A stretch of DNA of 64,000 bases from Phoronis australis. Lineage: Eukaryota; Animalia; Phoronida. The notes beneath the pieces were generated by a model. That model saw only the letters and a program-made list of their open reading frames with translations, had not been told where the DNA came from and ran no database searches. The translations under genes and the position numbers were made by a program. This document shows, piece by piece, positions 27,001 through 38,790 of this stretch (positions within the stretch are counted from its first letter, which is position 1; every line of letters begins with the position of its first letter). The stretch covers positions 455,874-519,873 of the forward strand of contig NMRA01000287.1 in assembly GCA_002633005.1 (NCBI GenBank), written 5' to 3'.

Positions 27001-27328
27001 ACTTACTTTTGTAGGAATTGCGTCATCACTACCAGTTATATTTCCAAACCATAATAGCTTTAAAATTTGTGGGAGACGGAAGAGACCAACAAACAATTGT
27101 AGCGCGTTCAATGTGCTAGTCAATGACAAATTCGACCCATCCAATGTAATTGATGTGTGCTCCACATATTGTGGAATGAAATATTCCTTATTTTCCTGCA
27201 ACTACAACAACAATATTTTAATGATGTTTCCAATCGACAAAAGGGTGGCTCTCGAACAGACGGAGCCAATAGAACTGACATCGAATATTGGAACTGACGT
27301 GGAATTGCCATCGTTTACATCACCATAA
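27001..27328 (+). CDS. Candidate orphan terminal exon, Cys-containing, ~108 aa, unassigned
   Basis: tgttttgttcaaaacag| acceptor, open frame LTFVGIASSLPVIFPNHNSFKICGRR...CSTYCGMKYSLFSCNY...SP*; no upstream exon or family identified. Confidence 0.3.
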
Positions 27329-28239
27329 TTGAGTGCACACATGCTATGACCGATGACAAACTCCGCCAATGGGAGGGTGGATCACTGTCAACTTTGTTGG
27401 CGGGGCTACCAGAAAACTATCCAGCGGGCGGGGGTGAACAAAAGATGCATGGTTGCCGTATCACTCAAAATCAACCGCATAGTCATATTTTACTATATTT
27501 CTCATTATAATTTGCTCAAAAGATAACAAAGCGTGACATGCAGTGCTTACGATCTTTTCCCGTTCACATTGTTCATTCACTTTTCTAAATTAGGGTAGTC
27601 GATCCAAAAATTTTACTTTCGTTATGAAAAAATAAAGCACTATCACAGGAAAGACAATGCATCCTACTCAATACAAATCTAAAAATTATCAAAATCGGGA
27701 CAAGCAGTGCAAAGTTATTGCAATTTTTGTGGTGAAGTTTGAGTCACTTATTTAGATCGGGTAGGCCAACTTGGATGACTGCGGGATACGTTGCGAGTTT
27801 AAAAGTTTGTTTAAAGAATTTTCACCAATAACTTACACTTAACTTTACTGAGACATATCTTTAATTACTATTCTGCGCGATGCTAATTCTTTCACCAGAT
27901 TTCAGCATCGCAAATGTTACTTATTGAGTGATAAAATTGCTCAGAATTCCTGTTGGTCTCATTTCCGGCGGCACCGACATGACGAATTTTGGTGAACACA
28001 TAGGCATGTCCAACCAGCTAGTTTGTAATTTGTTAAGACTTAACGTTGATACGTTTGACAAACGCTGCTACAGAAATGCAACTTTGTTCAATTTTCAAGT
28101 TTTTGTGCAAAAATATCAGGAATATTCGAATTATTTTACTGGGAATTTACCTTTCAGTTGATCATACACTAAGCTAAAAATAGTTGAAAATTTTTTAAAA
28201 TGTTTTTGGTTTCACAGTTAGAATACTTCAGTAACTTGA

Positions 28240-29000
28240 TGACACTTTTTCCCCGTGTGTGTGTGTGTGGGCGCAGGTTGTTATAGACCGGTGCTAATAG
28301 TTTTCGGTGCTACGATAGACTGAAGACTGGTTCGAATTAATCCTTTATTAATCCCGACCGTACGTTCGCAAGCGTACTCAAACAAAACGTCGGACGTAAT
28401 GTCTGTTTATGCTCCAGCCAATGCTGCGAAGCCTTGACTTGTGATGAACTTCTGAGACACTTTCAGCAACTGTTACATGTACACTCGTTGATTCAATAAC
28501 CTGCTGTCTCTATAGCTGGCTCTCTATTGACTATCGCTGTAACTGCTGATTCTCTTCACTGCCACTCAACTGTAATTCTCCTGATAAACTTTCTTGAACT
28601 GGCTTGATCTCACTTGATCTCCCGCATTGATCTTTCTAACACAAACCCGTGCATGTGTATATATAGCCTGATGCATTGTTCTGGAACTTATCATCAATTC
28701 AAGCTCATTCTAGAACTTTCCTGAATCTACCCAACCATTCTACAAACGTACTAGTCTCTAGAATATTCCAGACTGCATTGACCACTGCCATGCTAGAGTC
28801 TTCTAGAAAGTTCCAGACTATACTGTAGTAAACAAATTACCTCACTACTGAATTCAGTCTACTAGAATGTTCCATACTATTCTTTAGTAAACAAATTACA
28901 TCATCATTGTACTTCACTCAGGCGTCATGCCAATCAAAACAGAACAACAAAACAAAACAAAACAATACAACTAAAAATACTGTCAGACTATATTCTGACA
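28240..29000 (-). mobile_element. Solo-LTR-like element, copy 2 (761 bp)
   Basis: TG...CA termini, flanks CTTGA/CTTGT (4/5 TSD), TATA-like element at 28658-28666 and AATAAA on the minus strand; homologous to 22384-23145. Confidence 0.75.
28679..28872. promoter_or_regulatory. Heat-shock-element cluster in LTR copy 2
   Basis: Perfect 4-unit TTCtaGAActTTCctGAA (28708-28725), 3-unit TTCtaGAAagTTC (28801-28813) and three 2-unit sites. Confidence 0.68.
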
Positions 29001-32000
29001 CTTGTTAACGTTCATGAAAATTACTCGCTTTCGCTGTGCACAATAGCAAATGTGCAAATCCGTCATAATTGAGTTTGCCGCTGCAGTAGCATTATGGGAA
29101 ATGTATGCCTCTATCGCTTGACTACCGATTGTGTACAGTAGTGCCGGGTGTTTTTGTAACGAATGTTTAGCATCGAGTACCCTAGCAACTGTTATCGCCA
29201 GCTCTCGCTACAATTACACGAGTATATCGCGGAATACTGAGTGTTCTCTAACTGTTATGCATTTTTTCAGTTTCAATTCAATATTTTTCTACCATTTCTT
29301 GATAAGCTTATTAAGCTTTACTTCTAGAGTTCAATATCTCCCGCCGGAAAATGCTTCAAGAAATATGAAACAGCTTATCAAAGAAAGTCAGTCGGCAATA
29401 GTTTAAGAGAGAGTTCCAAGCACATTATTCCTTCTGTAATTATTTCTGTATCACATAGGGTCTGGCAAGGTTTTTGATTAGAGCACTTTATGTAAATTGC
29501 CGCAAGAATTGTCTATATTGTGTGTAACCGATTCGGTGTTATTTGGTATTGAGGTGAAGGATAAGCCCAGAAGTTTATTTGTTTCTAAATTGTAGTCTGT
29601 GATGCACCAGTGTCTCTATAATTAGTAATAAATAGATCTACCACACTTGTCCCGGGAAAGGACATTTGGCGTCTTTTGTTTAGAAAATTGCATATTTGCA
29701 CAACACTTTCTCAAAAATTGTCGATTGAGAACCTCAGATGTCTACACCGCAACTTGAAATTGGTATAATCGTAGTTATCAAACGGCTTTGGAAGCGGTGC
29801 CGTTGAAGTGTAGTCTAGTAACACGGGCTTTTATACAATTTAATGCATTTCGAGCCTGTAATGCCAGCACTCTGCGAGCTTGACTCCAATTGGAACGGCA
29901 AGAGAAAGTAACCTCTAAGAATCTATAATGCGTTTGATTTCAATTTACCCAAGTTTACGCTAAAGTATCATTCTCCGTGTAAAGAAACAGCACCACCAAG
30001 CTTGTAAGAAATGACATCACTTTTTAAGATTCTAAGATGCCAAGGTTTACAGTATTCTCCAACAACATTACGTATTGTGTTGGTGCTCAATTTCATTGTC
30101 CGCATTCAACAGGAGATCCTAAGCAAAAACTGAATGTTTTCCCACATTCAGCTTTAACATAAATTCTTCCACATTCGCTCACTCTTAATTCAGAGACTAA
30201 ACTAGCCTACTCATGAAAACAAAGAGAATAAAGTCGTTCTTATAGTGTAGACTTGCAACTAAAATATGGATTCGTGTAACCTCGAGTTTTAACACATTCC
30301 TCAACAAGTTTTCTCTCATCATATAACTACAAAGCCTAATAGGTAGGTACTGTACAACAACCTGCCAGTGCAGTGTAACGCTGAATATGTAGTGTTGGAC
30401 ATTATCGACAACTGTGTGCCTTTACATGTAATCCAAATATCTATAAAACCAATCATTTTAACTACACGTAAATAACGTACATGTACATATTCTCTAAAAG
30501 TAGATATCTTGTAAAATGTTGATTACACGATCATTCATTCAATTGAATTTAGGAAAACGCAAGGTACATCAATAGCGTACATGTACCTATGGTATCAGAA
30601 CGGTGAGAAAAAGTCGTTCGATATAAATATATTCAAGGGGAAATCCCATCAACCGTGTCATTAAGTTGTCATAACTACCCATTCATTTTCGTGTCACGCA
30701 TCATTTGAGTTTTCATGAAAGTCATAAAAATCTCATATAACAATGTATGATATCCCGTCATGCAAGAGTGGGGATTTCTTACAATTCGTAGAAATTTTTG
30801 GTAACAGTGCATTTCAATCTCGCCGTAACGTACATTTAAGTCACGCCTTGCTGTACGTTTCAGTTCCTTCTGACTCTATATTGCCATTTAAATCCGATCT
30901 GCCATTTCTGAGATAAGATAATCCAAAGTTTGACATTTTTTCAATTTTCGACATTATTCGATGGTCTTATATAACCCTGGAACCAAACACCTTGAACAGG
31001 AAGTAATGTGTGAATGGATAACATATGTTTGGGACGAGTGACCAATCACGAGCAAGCACGTGGTTCCAAAACACACCCACAAGGCTGTCACAGTATTAAC
31101 TGCTAAATGTTAATGCATAATGTTAATACTGTACGTTGTAGGATAAATAGGAACTAACGTGTTTGCGTGTGGACAATTATGACGATCCATGCGGGCGACT
31201 TCGTCGTAATAGTCATTCTATGGTCCATGCATGGCACTTCAGTGTCACTACCGACATTTGCCAATGGGCTCCAAACAGTGCACTCACTATATTTCGAACG
31301 GTTTTAAATAAACCACGATACGGACGTTTGTTAGAGGAAATTTCGATGACCACTTACCTTAGTTGCTCCGATAGATGTCTGGTGACAAATCACTGCGATA
31401 CACTAGTGTATGATGGCACGCTTTGTCAACTGTTTGAACTGCAGAGACCAACTCAGTCGGATCCAAACTCCCAGATTTTGACAACATATTCAACGGTAGA
31501 TGAAAGAGCATTGGCAAGCTATGTAAGTCAAAATAGGTGATTATGTCGAGACCAATTCCAGTGGTCATACTGCAGGTTCGGTTTGGATTTATATTCAGAT
31601 TTGCTTTCCAATGGATTAGAGCATACAAGAGTCGGGATAGACGTGCACTATGAAACTATGGAAATCATAGCATTAATCTTCGCCATATAATTAAGCTGGG
31701 TGCAACACGACCGTGTGATTTATTCTCCGTATTCCAGTCTCGGGAATTCTTAACAGTGCCTTCTGAAATGGAATGTTCAAAACGTAGTTCAACGTCAACC
31801 ATACGTTGTTAGCCAGTTCGATCGTGAAACATTCCCAAAACTAATTTGTTTAGAGTAATGAAGTTGCAGCAGTATAAATAATATTCAACATATAGTCAAG
31901 TTCCAGACATGACATGCAAATTTCCGTTGTTTTCATTTTGTTACCTCTTTTCGAGATACTAATCGTTAGATTTAAAACAAATGTCAACAGCGTCTCTGTC

Positions 32001-33324
32001 AAAAATTATTTGATCTATACAATAGACAAGGTCATCGTAGTGATTTGAGATCCTCCACCCCATATGCAATTCCTCCGTCGTTCAGTCAGGCATTCAGGAG
32101 GTCTACAGTCATGTTGTGCATCAACAACCGGAATTGTTGTAGAAACCAACTATTGTACGAATATAAAAAATGATGTTAGAACTGTTTTCATAATTTTGAT
32201 GTGGTCTTTCCCTCAACTCTGACAAGTTTAGGCATAACTTTAGTAATGTCTCATCAAACTGTAAATGTGGTGACCATCAATTTTTTTTTTCATATTTTCT
32301 TCAAATGTCCTCTCATAGAATACCTGACAGACTCACTCTTTCGTGCACTCAATAAAAATCAATCAATTGTTAAAGCTCTGAATTCTTGCAATAATATCCC
32401 TACTAGAGTTACATTATTATTGAATGTCAGTCCTAACCTTGACTTCGTTCTCAATGAATTCCAATTAAGCAACGTTAGCAAATTTTTATGTACCATTTAT
32501 CAATATTGTTGCTTCTGATTTCCATTAATGAATCTGTACATATTTTTGTTTTATATATTCGTAATATCATGTTTAAGTACCGGGATACTTATATTAGATA
32601 CTACTTAAACGTATATACCTCTATTTATATTAGTTTCATTGGTGAATTGTTTACAACCCAGATATAATTCTTCGCGATTTCTTGGTTTGTCATTATTTCT
32701 TTGTATGTTCTGTGTATTCTTCAATAAATATATATCACTTTAAAAAATATAACCGTTTCCTTTTTAAAGAACACTTGTAACCCAACTATCCACCGCTACG
32801 TTAAAAGTCGGGGTGAAGTATTTGAAAAATCTGCAAAAAATGTGAAAGAAACTTAAGAATTTGAAGCATATTGGATAAATACATTTGGTCTCGGTTGCTT
32901 AGCGGAATAATTTCTCCTGGGATATTACTTCATCTAGGCCAATTTCGATGCCTTTTGCGTATTTCTATCACATAACTTGCGACACTATCATTGATATTCC
33001 AACTTAACATTAAGCGTCAAAATCATCCGATGTAATTTGTCATTGTCCACGTTAGCGTCAAAACATTGCATCGAACGAGCATTTCTTGTTTTTATTGTAG
33101 TACAGATGATATGGTTTCTCATGAATATGCTACAGGTTTCAAAAATAAAAGGCAGAAATCAGTGTAGAATGATAGGATCTGTTTTTCATTACCGACTTAT
33201 CTAACGACTATGAAAGACGGGAGTTTAGATTTGAAGTGCATAGAAAGTCGTTGTGGCTTACTTTTAACTGAAATGAACTAACACGAAAATGGTTGATGAG
33301 AAGAATGTACGAGAAAAGAGGTCA

Positions 33325-33580
33325 TGCGACTCAAATGTACTGTAAAAAGAAACTGGAATAAACTGTAAAGCGTGCCTGAAATGTACTGTCAGATGAGACT
33401 AAAAGGTATTGTAAGGCGAGACTAAACTGTACATGTACACGTACAGTAAAGTGAGACCGAAATGTACTGTAAGGCGTGACTGAAATGGACTGTGATATGA
33501 GACTGAGATGCACTGCAAGGCGAGACAAACATTATCTGTAAAACGAGTCAGAAATGTACGGTAAAGAGAAACTAAAATCA
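33325..33580. repeat. Degenerate 23-bp minisatellite (gactgaaatgtactgtaaggcga), ~11 units
   Basis: Periodic unit visible; same family as 52845-54045. Confidence 0.85.
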
Positions 33581-33957
33581 ACGAAGAAACGGCATGCCTA
33601 CTGGTGACCGCCGTCACACGCCTTAATGGTCACGTCTATGCAAACAGACTATAAAATGGGAATCTGGTAAAATCGCAATGAACACAGATTTTGTTGTCAT
33701 ACTGTATAGGTCTTGCCAAGGCCAATAACGCCAAGCAACAAAGCCTACCTTAGTTATTGCCCAGCTGCATGGTTAATTAGTAATGCTATCTATAGAATTC
33801 ACCTGCTTTCAAGAAATTAAATTTACAATAAGAATTTTACTTTGTAAAGGAAACCAATCCATTACTTTGTGTTACCGACAACACTATTGCCAGATGTCCC
33901 GCTGTTGCTGGGACCTGCGGTCGATTAAAGAACTCTAAACAGTGGCCCCGAAACATG

Positions 33958-34030
33958 TGCACCAGTAGCTCGGTGGACCAGAGCGTCTGCACGGTTAGCA
34001 CGAAGCCCGTGGTTCGAATCTTCTCCGTAG
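33958..34030 (+). mobile_element. tRNA-derived SINE head
   Basis: A box TAGCTCGGTGG and B box GGTTCGAATC; no clean cloverleaf. Confidence 0.55.
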
Positions 34031-36488
34031 CAGAGACTTTTTAAGACTTGACTATAGGTCACATGATGTGGCCAAAGTAGCCTGTGTAAAGGCTAACATG
34101 TGTAATTTTTACTTATACCATGTGAACGAGCTGATTTATTTAAACTCAATTACGTAGTCGACACACAAGTATAAACAATGCTTGGAGCTCTTAGTCCATG
34201 TGTACGACTTGCAATAATTTTAAAGCCTCTCAACATACTTTCTTTCTTGTTTAAGCTCTTAAAATCATAAGGTAATGTTCAAAGAAGTCATGTTGTGTAC
34301 CAACCCAACGGTAAGTAGATCGAACAGTTTTAAACAGTGACAATAAACAGAAACGTCGACTAGTACAATGTTTTGTTAATGAATTGTTTGGTATTCAAAA
34401 TTCGTACAATTATTTCCCTGTCTATTACTAATTTATATCACGTCATTCCCTCTGATTCATTTCCCTTCATGTTACTAGTACACCATTAATTACTTTACAT
34501 TAAAATTTGATTGGTTGTCAAGTTCGTTAATCAACCACTTAGTACACAAACGTGTGACAATTCCATAATATTTATTTTCCGATTTTCTATTTTTAGAATT
34601 CAAACGTTCACTTAGACAGTCTGGTAATGAAATGTAGGCATAGTCATTCCGGAACTTCATTATACAACGATAATTAACGAGACCTGTCCGTAGTACTGTT
34701 TATTTACCTACATGTATATCTTATGAAAACTCTCGCATCCCTCGATTGGTTAATGTAAAATTCTAGTGATGGGAACCGTATTCACCTAAGACACGTTTGT
34801 CTTTGGATGCTGGTGTATAGGCCTACTCTCGTTCTATGCTGAGGAGAGTTTTTATCTGGGGACATTTAGAATGTCACGGGAAGGTCGTGAGGGGTGAATG
34901 TAGATAGCCCCCAGTAGTTCTCTCAGTAACACTGGGACCTGTATAGAACCTTGCTAGAAACGCAACACTTCGCGATATTTAAATGTTACCACGTGATTTT
35001 GGCTAGCTTTTTCACCGCTGGAAAACTACTGTACTCTATTCTGTTCCTTCCCCTGCATAAGGCCTCGAATTGCCAAATGGAATCTGAGAGAATTTTTTGG
35101 GGGCATGCCCCCCTAAATTTGCCACCGTGATTATGTGGATACATTTTAAGGACATTGTAAACAATACTGTTCGAGATTATTGTTCTTTGAACAGTTAGGT
35201 CCTGTGTAGTTCAACCATAAATCCTGACCAAACCACGTGCCCTCACGTAGAAACAGTGTGCGTGTCCTGAAGCTGTGAGAGCTACGTATTGAAGCACGAA
35301 AAGTACAATGTTGCATACAGTGTATCTTGTCTTTAAGGAGAAGTCAGTCAAAATATGTGGAAAGGAAAGACAATGCATGCCTGACCTCTACCGTCGAGCA
35401 AAATGTCTGGAAAAGGAATCGTGCAACTGTCACCAGTTAGGTATTGTGTCGAATGTTATATTTCATTTCGGAGGATCCCTTTCCTGCGTCAATTTCTGAA
35501 GCTAAGCTAATGGGATTGAATTTTATATCCTACTGGCCATTAGGAAGAGCTTATAAAACAAAATAGCTAATCACAGATAGGGTAACCAATTTCTGTTAGT
35601 CGGGTAACTCATACAATGTGTAGTTTGAACGTACAGGGATGGTCAATGGGCTCATGGATATTTCTGAAATGATTTCAAACGGAAAATATCTGATGACTGT
35701 AACAATCTTGGAAAGTATGTTTTCACTAATATATCAATACGAGGTCCCCTCTTGCCAGCGGAAACGTGTCAGGAGAAGACTGGCAATAAGTTTAGGTTAC
35801 AGTATATTTTGCTGTTCTACATGTATTTGGTTATTAGCAAATGGCACTTGGCAGACGTGACTCATGTGACCAGCATACTGATCACGCACTTTGTTTACAA
35901 CAGAATGCAAGACATCATTCGAAGGACAATAACCTATGGGGCCAGGCTAGCGGAATAAAAATACTAGATAACATTCAAAAAGAAGTTTCCAATATATACC
36001 AACCGAACCCCTAAATTCGTGAATCGTAGTGTTTCCGCTTTTGAGAGGTCGAGTGACAACTAGCGTTGGAGTTTTCAGCCTTTGTCAGTATATTTTGGCC
36101 AACAGTGTGCGGGACATGTACATGTAGGTTATCACAATGCGAAACGAAACAGTGAGTTGAGAAATTGTTGTAAAAATGATTCTTGAAACAGCATATTTAA
36201 CTAATGCTGTTCTGTGCAAATTTTCAAAACATACATGTACGTTCGAACTTATCTATGGTTCAGATTTGATAAATAATGCAATCCAGGGACATATCCTGGA
36301 GTCTACCACAATTTGTAAGGCAAAAGGAGCTAAGCACAGAGGGCATTCTGTATGCATTTTGTAAACTGTATTTTTACCCGTTGATAAAGCAAAGTGGCAA
36401 AACACAGTGCCATTAAACATGATCACATGATAAGATCGAAACAGTTGATAAAAACTTCTAATTTTCACAGAAGACTGTTATAGAAACA

Positions 36489-37690
36489 TCACAGAAAGCC
36501 GAGACAGTTTGATGAAGGCAGTTTCCTTAAGGCATACAGTAGAATACGTGAGGATTGTACATCCATCAACTCAGCTGCAGCAAAATAACGTGTTCTATAC
36601 CAAACGCTGAGAGGTCGAGTACGTGGGAGGACAGAACCTGAATGCGTCGCAATGAGTGTGTCTCCAGGGACCCTTAATTGCAAAGCATATAAAAATGCGA
36701 GTCACAGCAGCAGGGTGCAAGGAAGCCAGGAGAGTCTCTTTCCATTTAGTGGTTTAGAGGTTTCTTGAAGCGCTGGAAGGAGGTGAGAGCTGAGAAGAAA
36801 AAAGTCTATAATATGCAAGACCAAAGTCTGCAAGTCAAATGAAGATTGATAAGTATTTTGAAGTACTACAGTCTACTTTGGTCAAGTATGGTCAGAAAGA
36901 CACAAGTCACACACAGACAGCACTGAAGTAGAATGGAAGAAAGAGCATAACATCATGATCTTCAATTGACTTTCCGACAATCCTGAATATATCCCATTTG
37001 ACAACACCGTTTTCCTCCTTTAGAGTAATACTAAATCAACAGTGTTCTTGTCGACTACTGGCGGAAGATCAGGTTGAAAATTATTCTTTTTTACCAAACT
37101 GTTGCAAAGGTGTACAGATGGGAAAAGTTCATTAGCAAGTGATATAGTAAGATCAAGAACATGTGCAACTTGGTCTTGTATGGTGCTGACGCAGATTTAA
37201 AAATTGTGACTATAGAAAACGAACACAACGAAAGCACATGTGGCCAAAAGGCACAGGTACAGTTGTAACAAAAATGTACATATGACAAAATTAAGGCACA
37301 ACGGACAACAAAGAAACATGTGATAAAAAGTCCAAGGTAACTTTTAAGCCATGTGGAGCGAATAACAGTAACACAAGTAAAGTTAAGAAACTACGAATTG
37401 ATAATGAACCAGGTCCATCAGGATTAAAGTCATCACAAGCTCCATAATTCAAAAAGTGACCACGATGAGGACTTGGACGCAGATGATGAGGGCAGTTGCT
37501 GCATCTGCAACAAGGGGTCACCGCCGCAACTACGTCAGTGTGTGATCATGAACTGGGGAAAATATGAATTCCAGGACTGCAGCCACTGGACTCACATAAG
37601 GTTGTGCTGTGATGTGACAGCACTAAGGCCACACCACAGAATTTTCTGATCCTGCCAAAGCGTACCATGCCGTCAGCTCCAAGAAGAGTA
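36489..37690 (+). mobile_element. Degenerate, internally deleted pogo-family transposase (HTH-psq N-terminus, PHD-like C-terminus)
   Basis: RKPRQFDEGSFLKAY...SINSAAAK*RVLYQTLRGRVRG is HTH-psq-like; EPGPSG and CCICNKGSPPQLRQCVIMNWGK...CSHWTHIRLC are PHD-like; stops and frameshifts; no DDE core seen. Confidence 0.7.
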
Positions 37691-38790
37691 ACAAGTAACC
37701 ACTAGGATAGGCTGTGCGTAATATATGTTAAAACATTTCGTATTTATGTATTAAATAACAAGATAGTTATTTAAAGAGATTAGACGCAGAAAAGTTTATT
37801 GTTGGTCAAGTCACAACACTTAGAATAGATTCAAATGGACATTGCGTAAACACACTTCACTCAATAGTCCTTTACAAACAAATATATAGTACAATTAATT
37901 GCCTAGCAATGCGAACAAAATCCATAACGCATCACAAAAGCCACAATCTAGCCAGAGAACAATTACCAAAACAAATCAAATCAATGTAAATCAAGCTGAC
38001 ATTCAACAATCATAGACTGTTATAAAATCTAATCCATCACGCCCAAAAACATGACGGACATCACAATCACAAGCCTTTTATCAATCTAATGGCATATATA
38101 CGTACTAACCATGGTTAAATTGATATAAATATTGCTACATTCCAAAATTACGGAAAGTATGCGACAAATAATACTGAGCTTTACAATAAGAAATTCCTTC
38201 AAATTTCACAACGCACAAAGATGGTCCGATCTGCTCCCACAGTCAAACAACTTAAATGCTCATGGAGGTATGCTTTTGATGCTAAAGTGGATAACCACAA
38301 ATAACCGGTAATAACCAGACGTTTTCCTAACCAAACCTACGTAGGAATGACAAAATAAGACAAACAGTAATGAACTACTCCACTACTCTCTGGCTCAGCG
38401 GTGAAGGATGGTGCAAGAAACGAACAGCAAACCAGTGTCACGGGTTCAAACATCATTATTTACACCTGTTGTTCATGATAGATTTCCCAACACAATAAAA
38501 CCATGTTTAGCACAAATCTATCCCATGTCATGTTCCCACTGCTACCAGATCTTCGCTTGCAGTGACTACTTATATAATCGGCCTCAGGATGATGAGCGAT
38601 CCAGACAGTTTTGGCTCATTAGCAAAACAAAGGTTACAATTACACACTTTCCTGCATAAACAATGTGAACACTTACCGTTATCGCTTACTCAGAATGTGT
38701 TTTGTCCCAGTTACTAAATCGGCCGTTTTTATTCGCGCACGCATACACCTGTATGTAGATGTGGTTGCAAATCGACTTAACGTTTTTCAG

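Larger units (their letters stand above)
31179..35440 (+). pseudogene. Signal peptide-PAN/apple-Cys-rich gene, paralog A, frameshifted (exons 31179-31522 and 35338-35440)
   Basis: Collinear with 51081-56182. CSDRCL...C..LVYDGTLCQLF PAN motif; 1-nt deletion near 31231 puts the ATG/signal peptide out of frame; exon 1 is 344 nt versus 345 nt in paralog B. Confidence 0.7.

Noticed and set aside
22384-29000. A single LTR retroelement that captured the last two host exons
   Set aside because: Each copy has its own TSD (ATCTG versus CTTGA/T), and the interior is host exons with no gag/pol, so these are two independent insertions.
35903-35931. Terminal exon ECKTSFEGQ* for PAN paralog A
   Set aside because: No homologous exon found downstream of paralog B, and it is too short to support.
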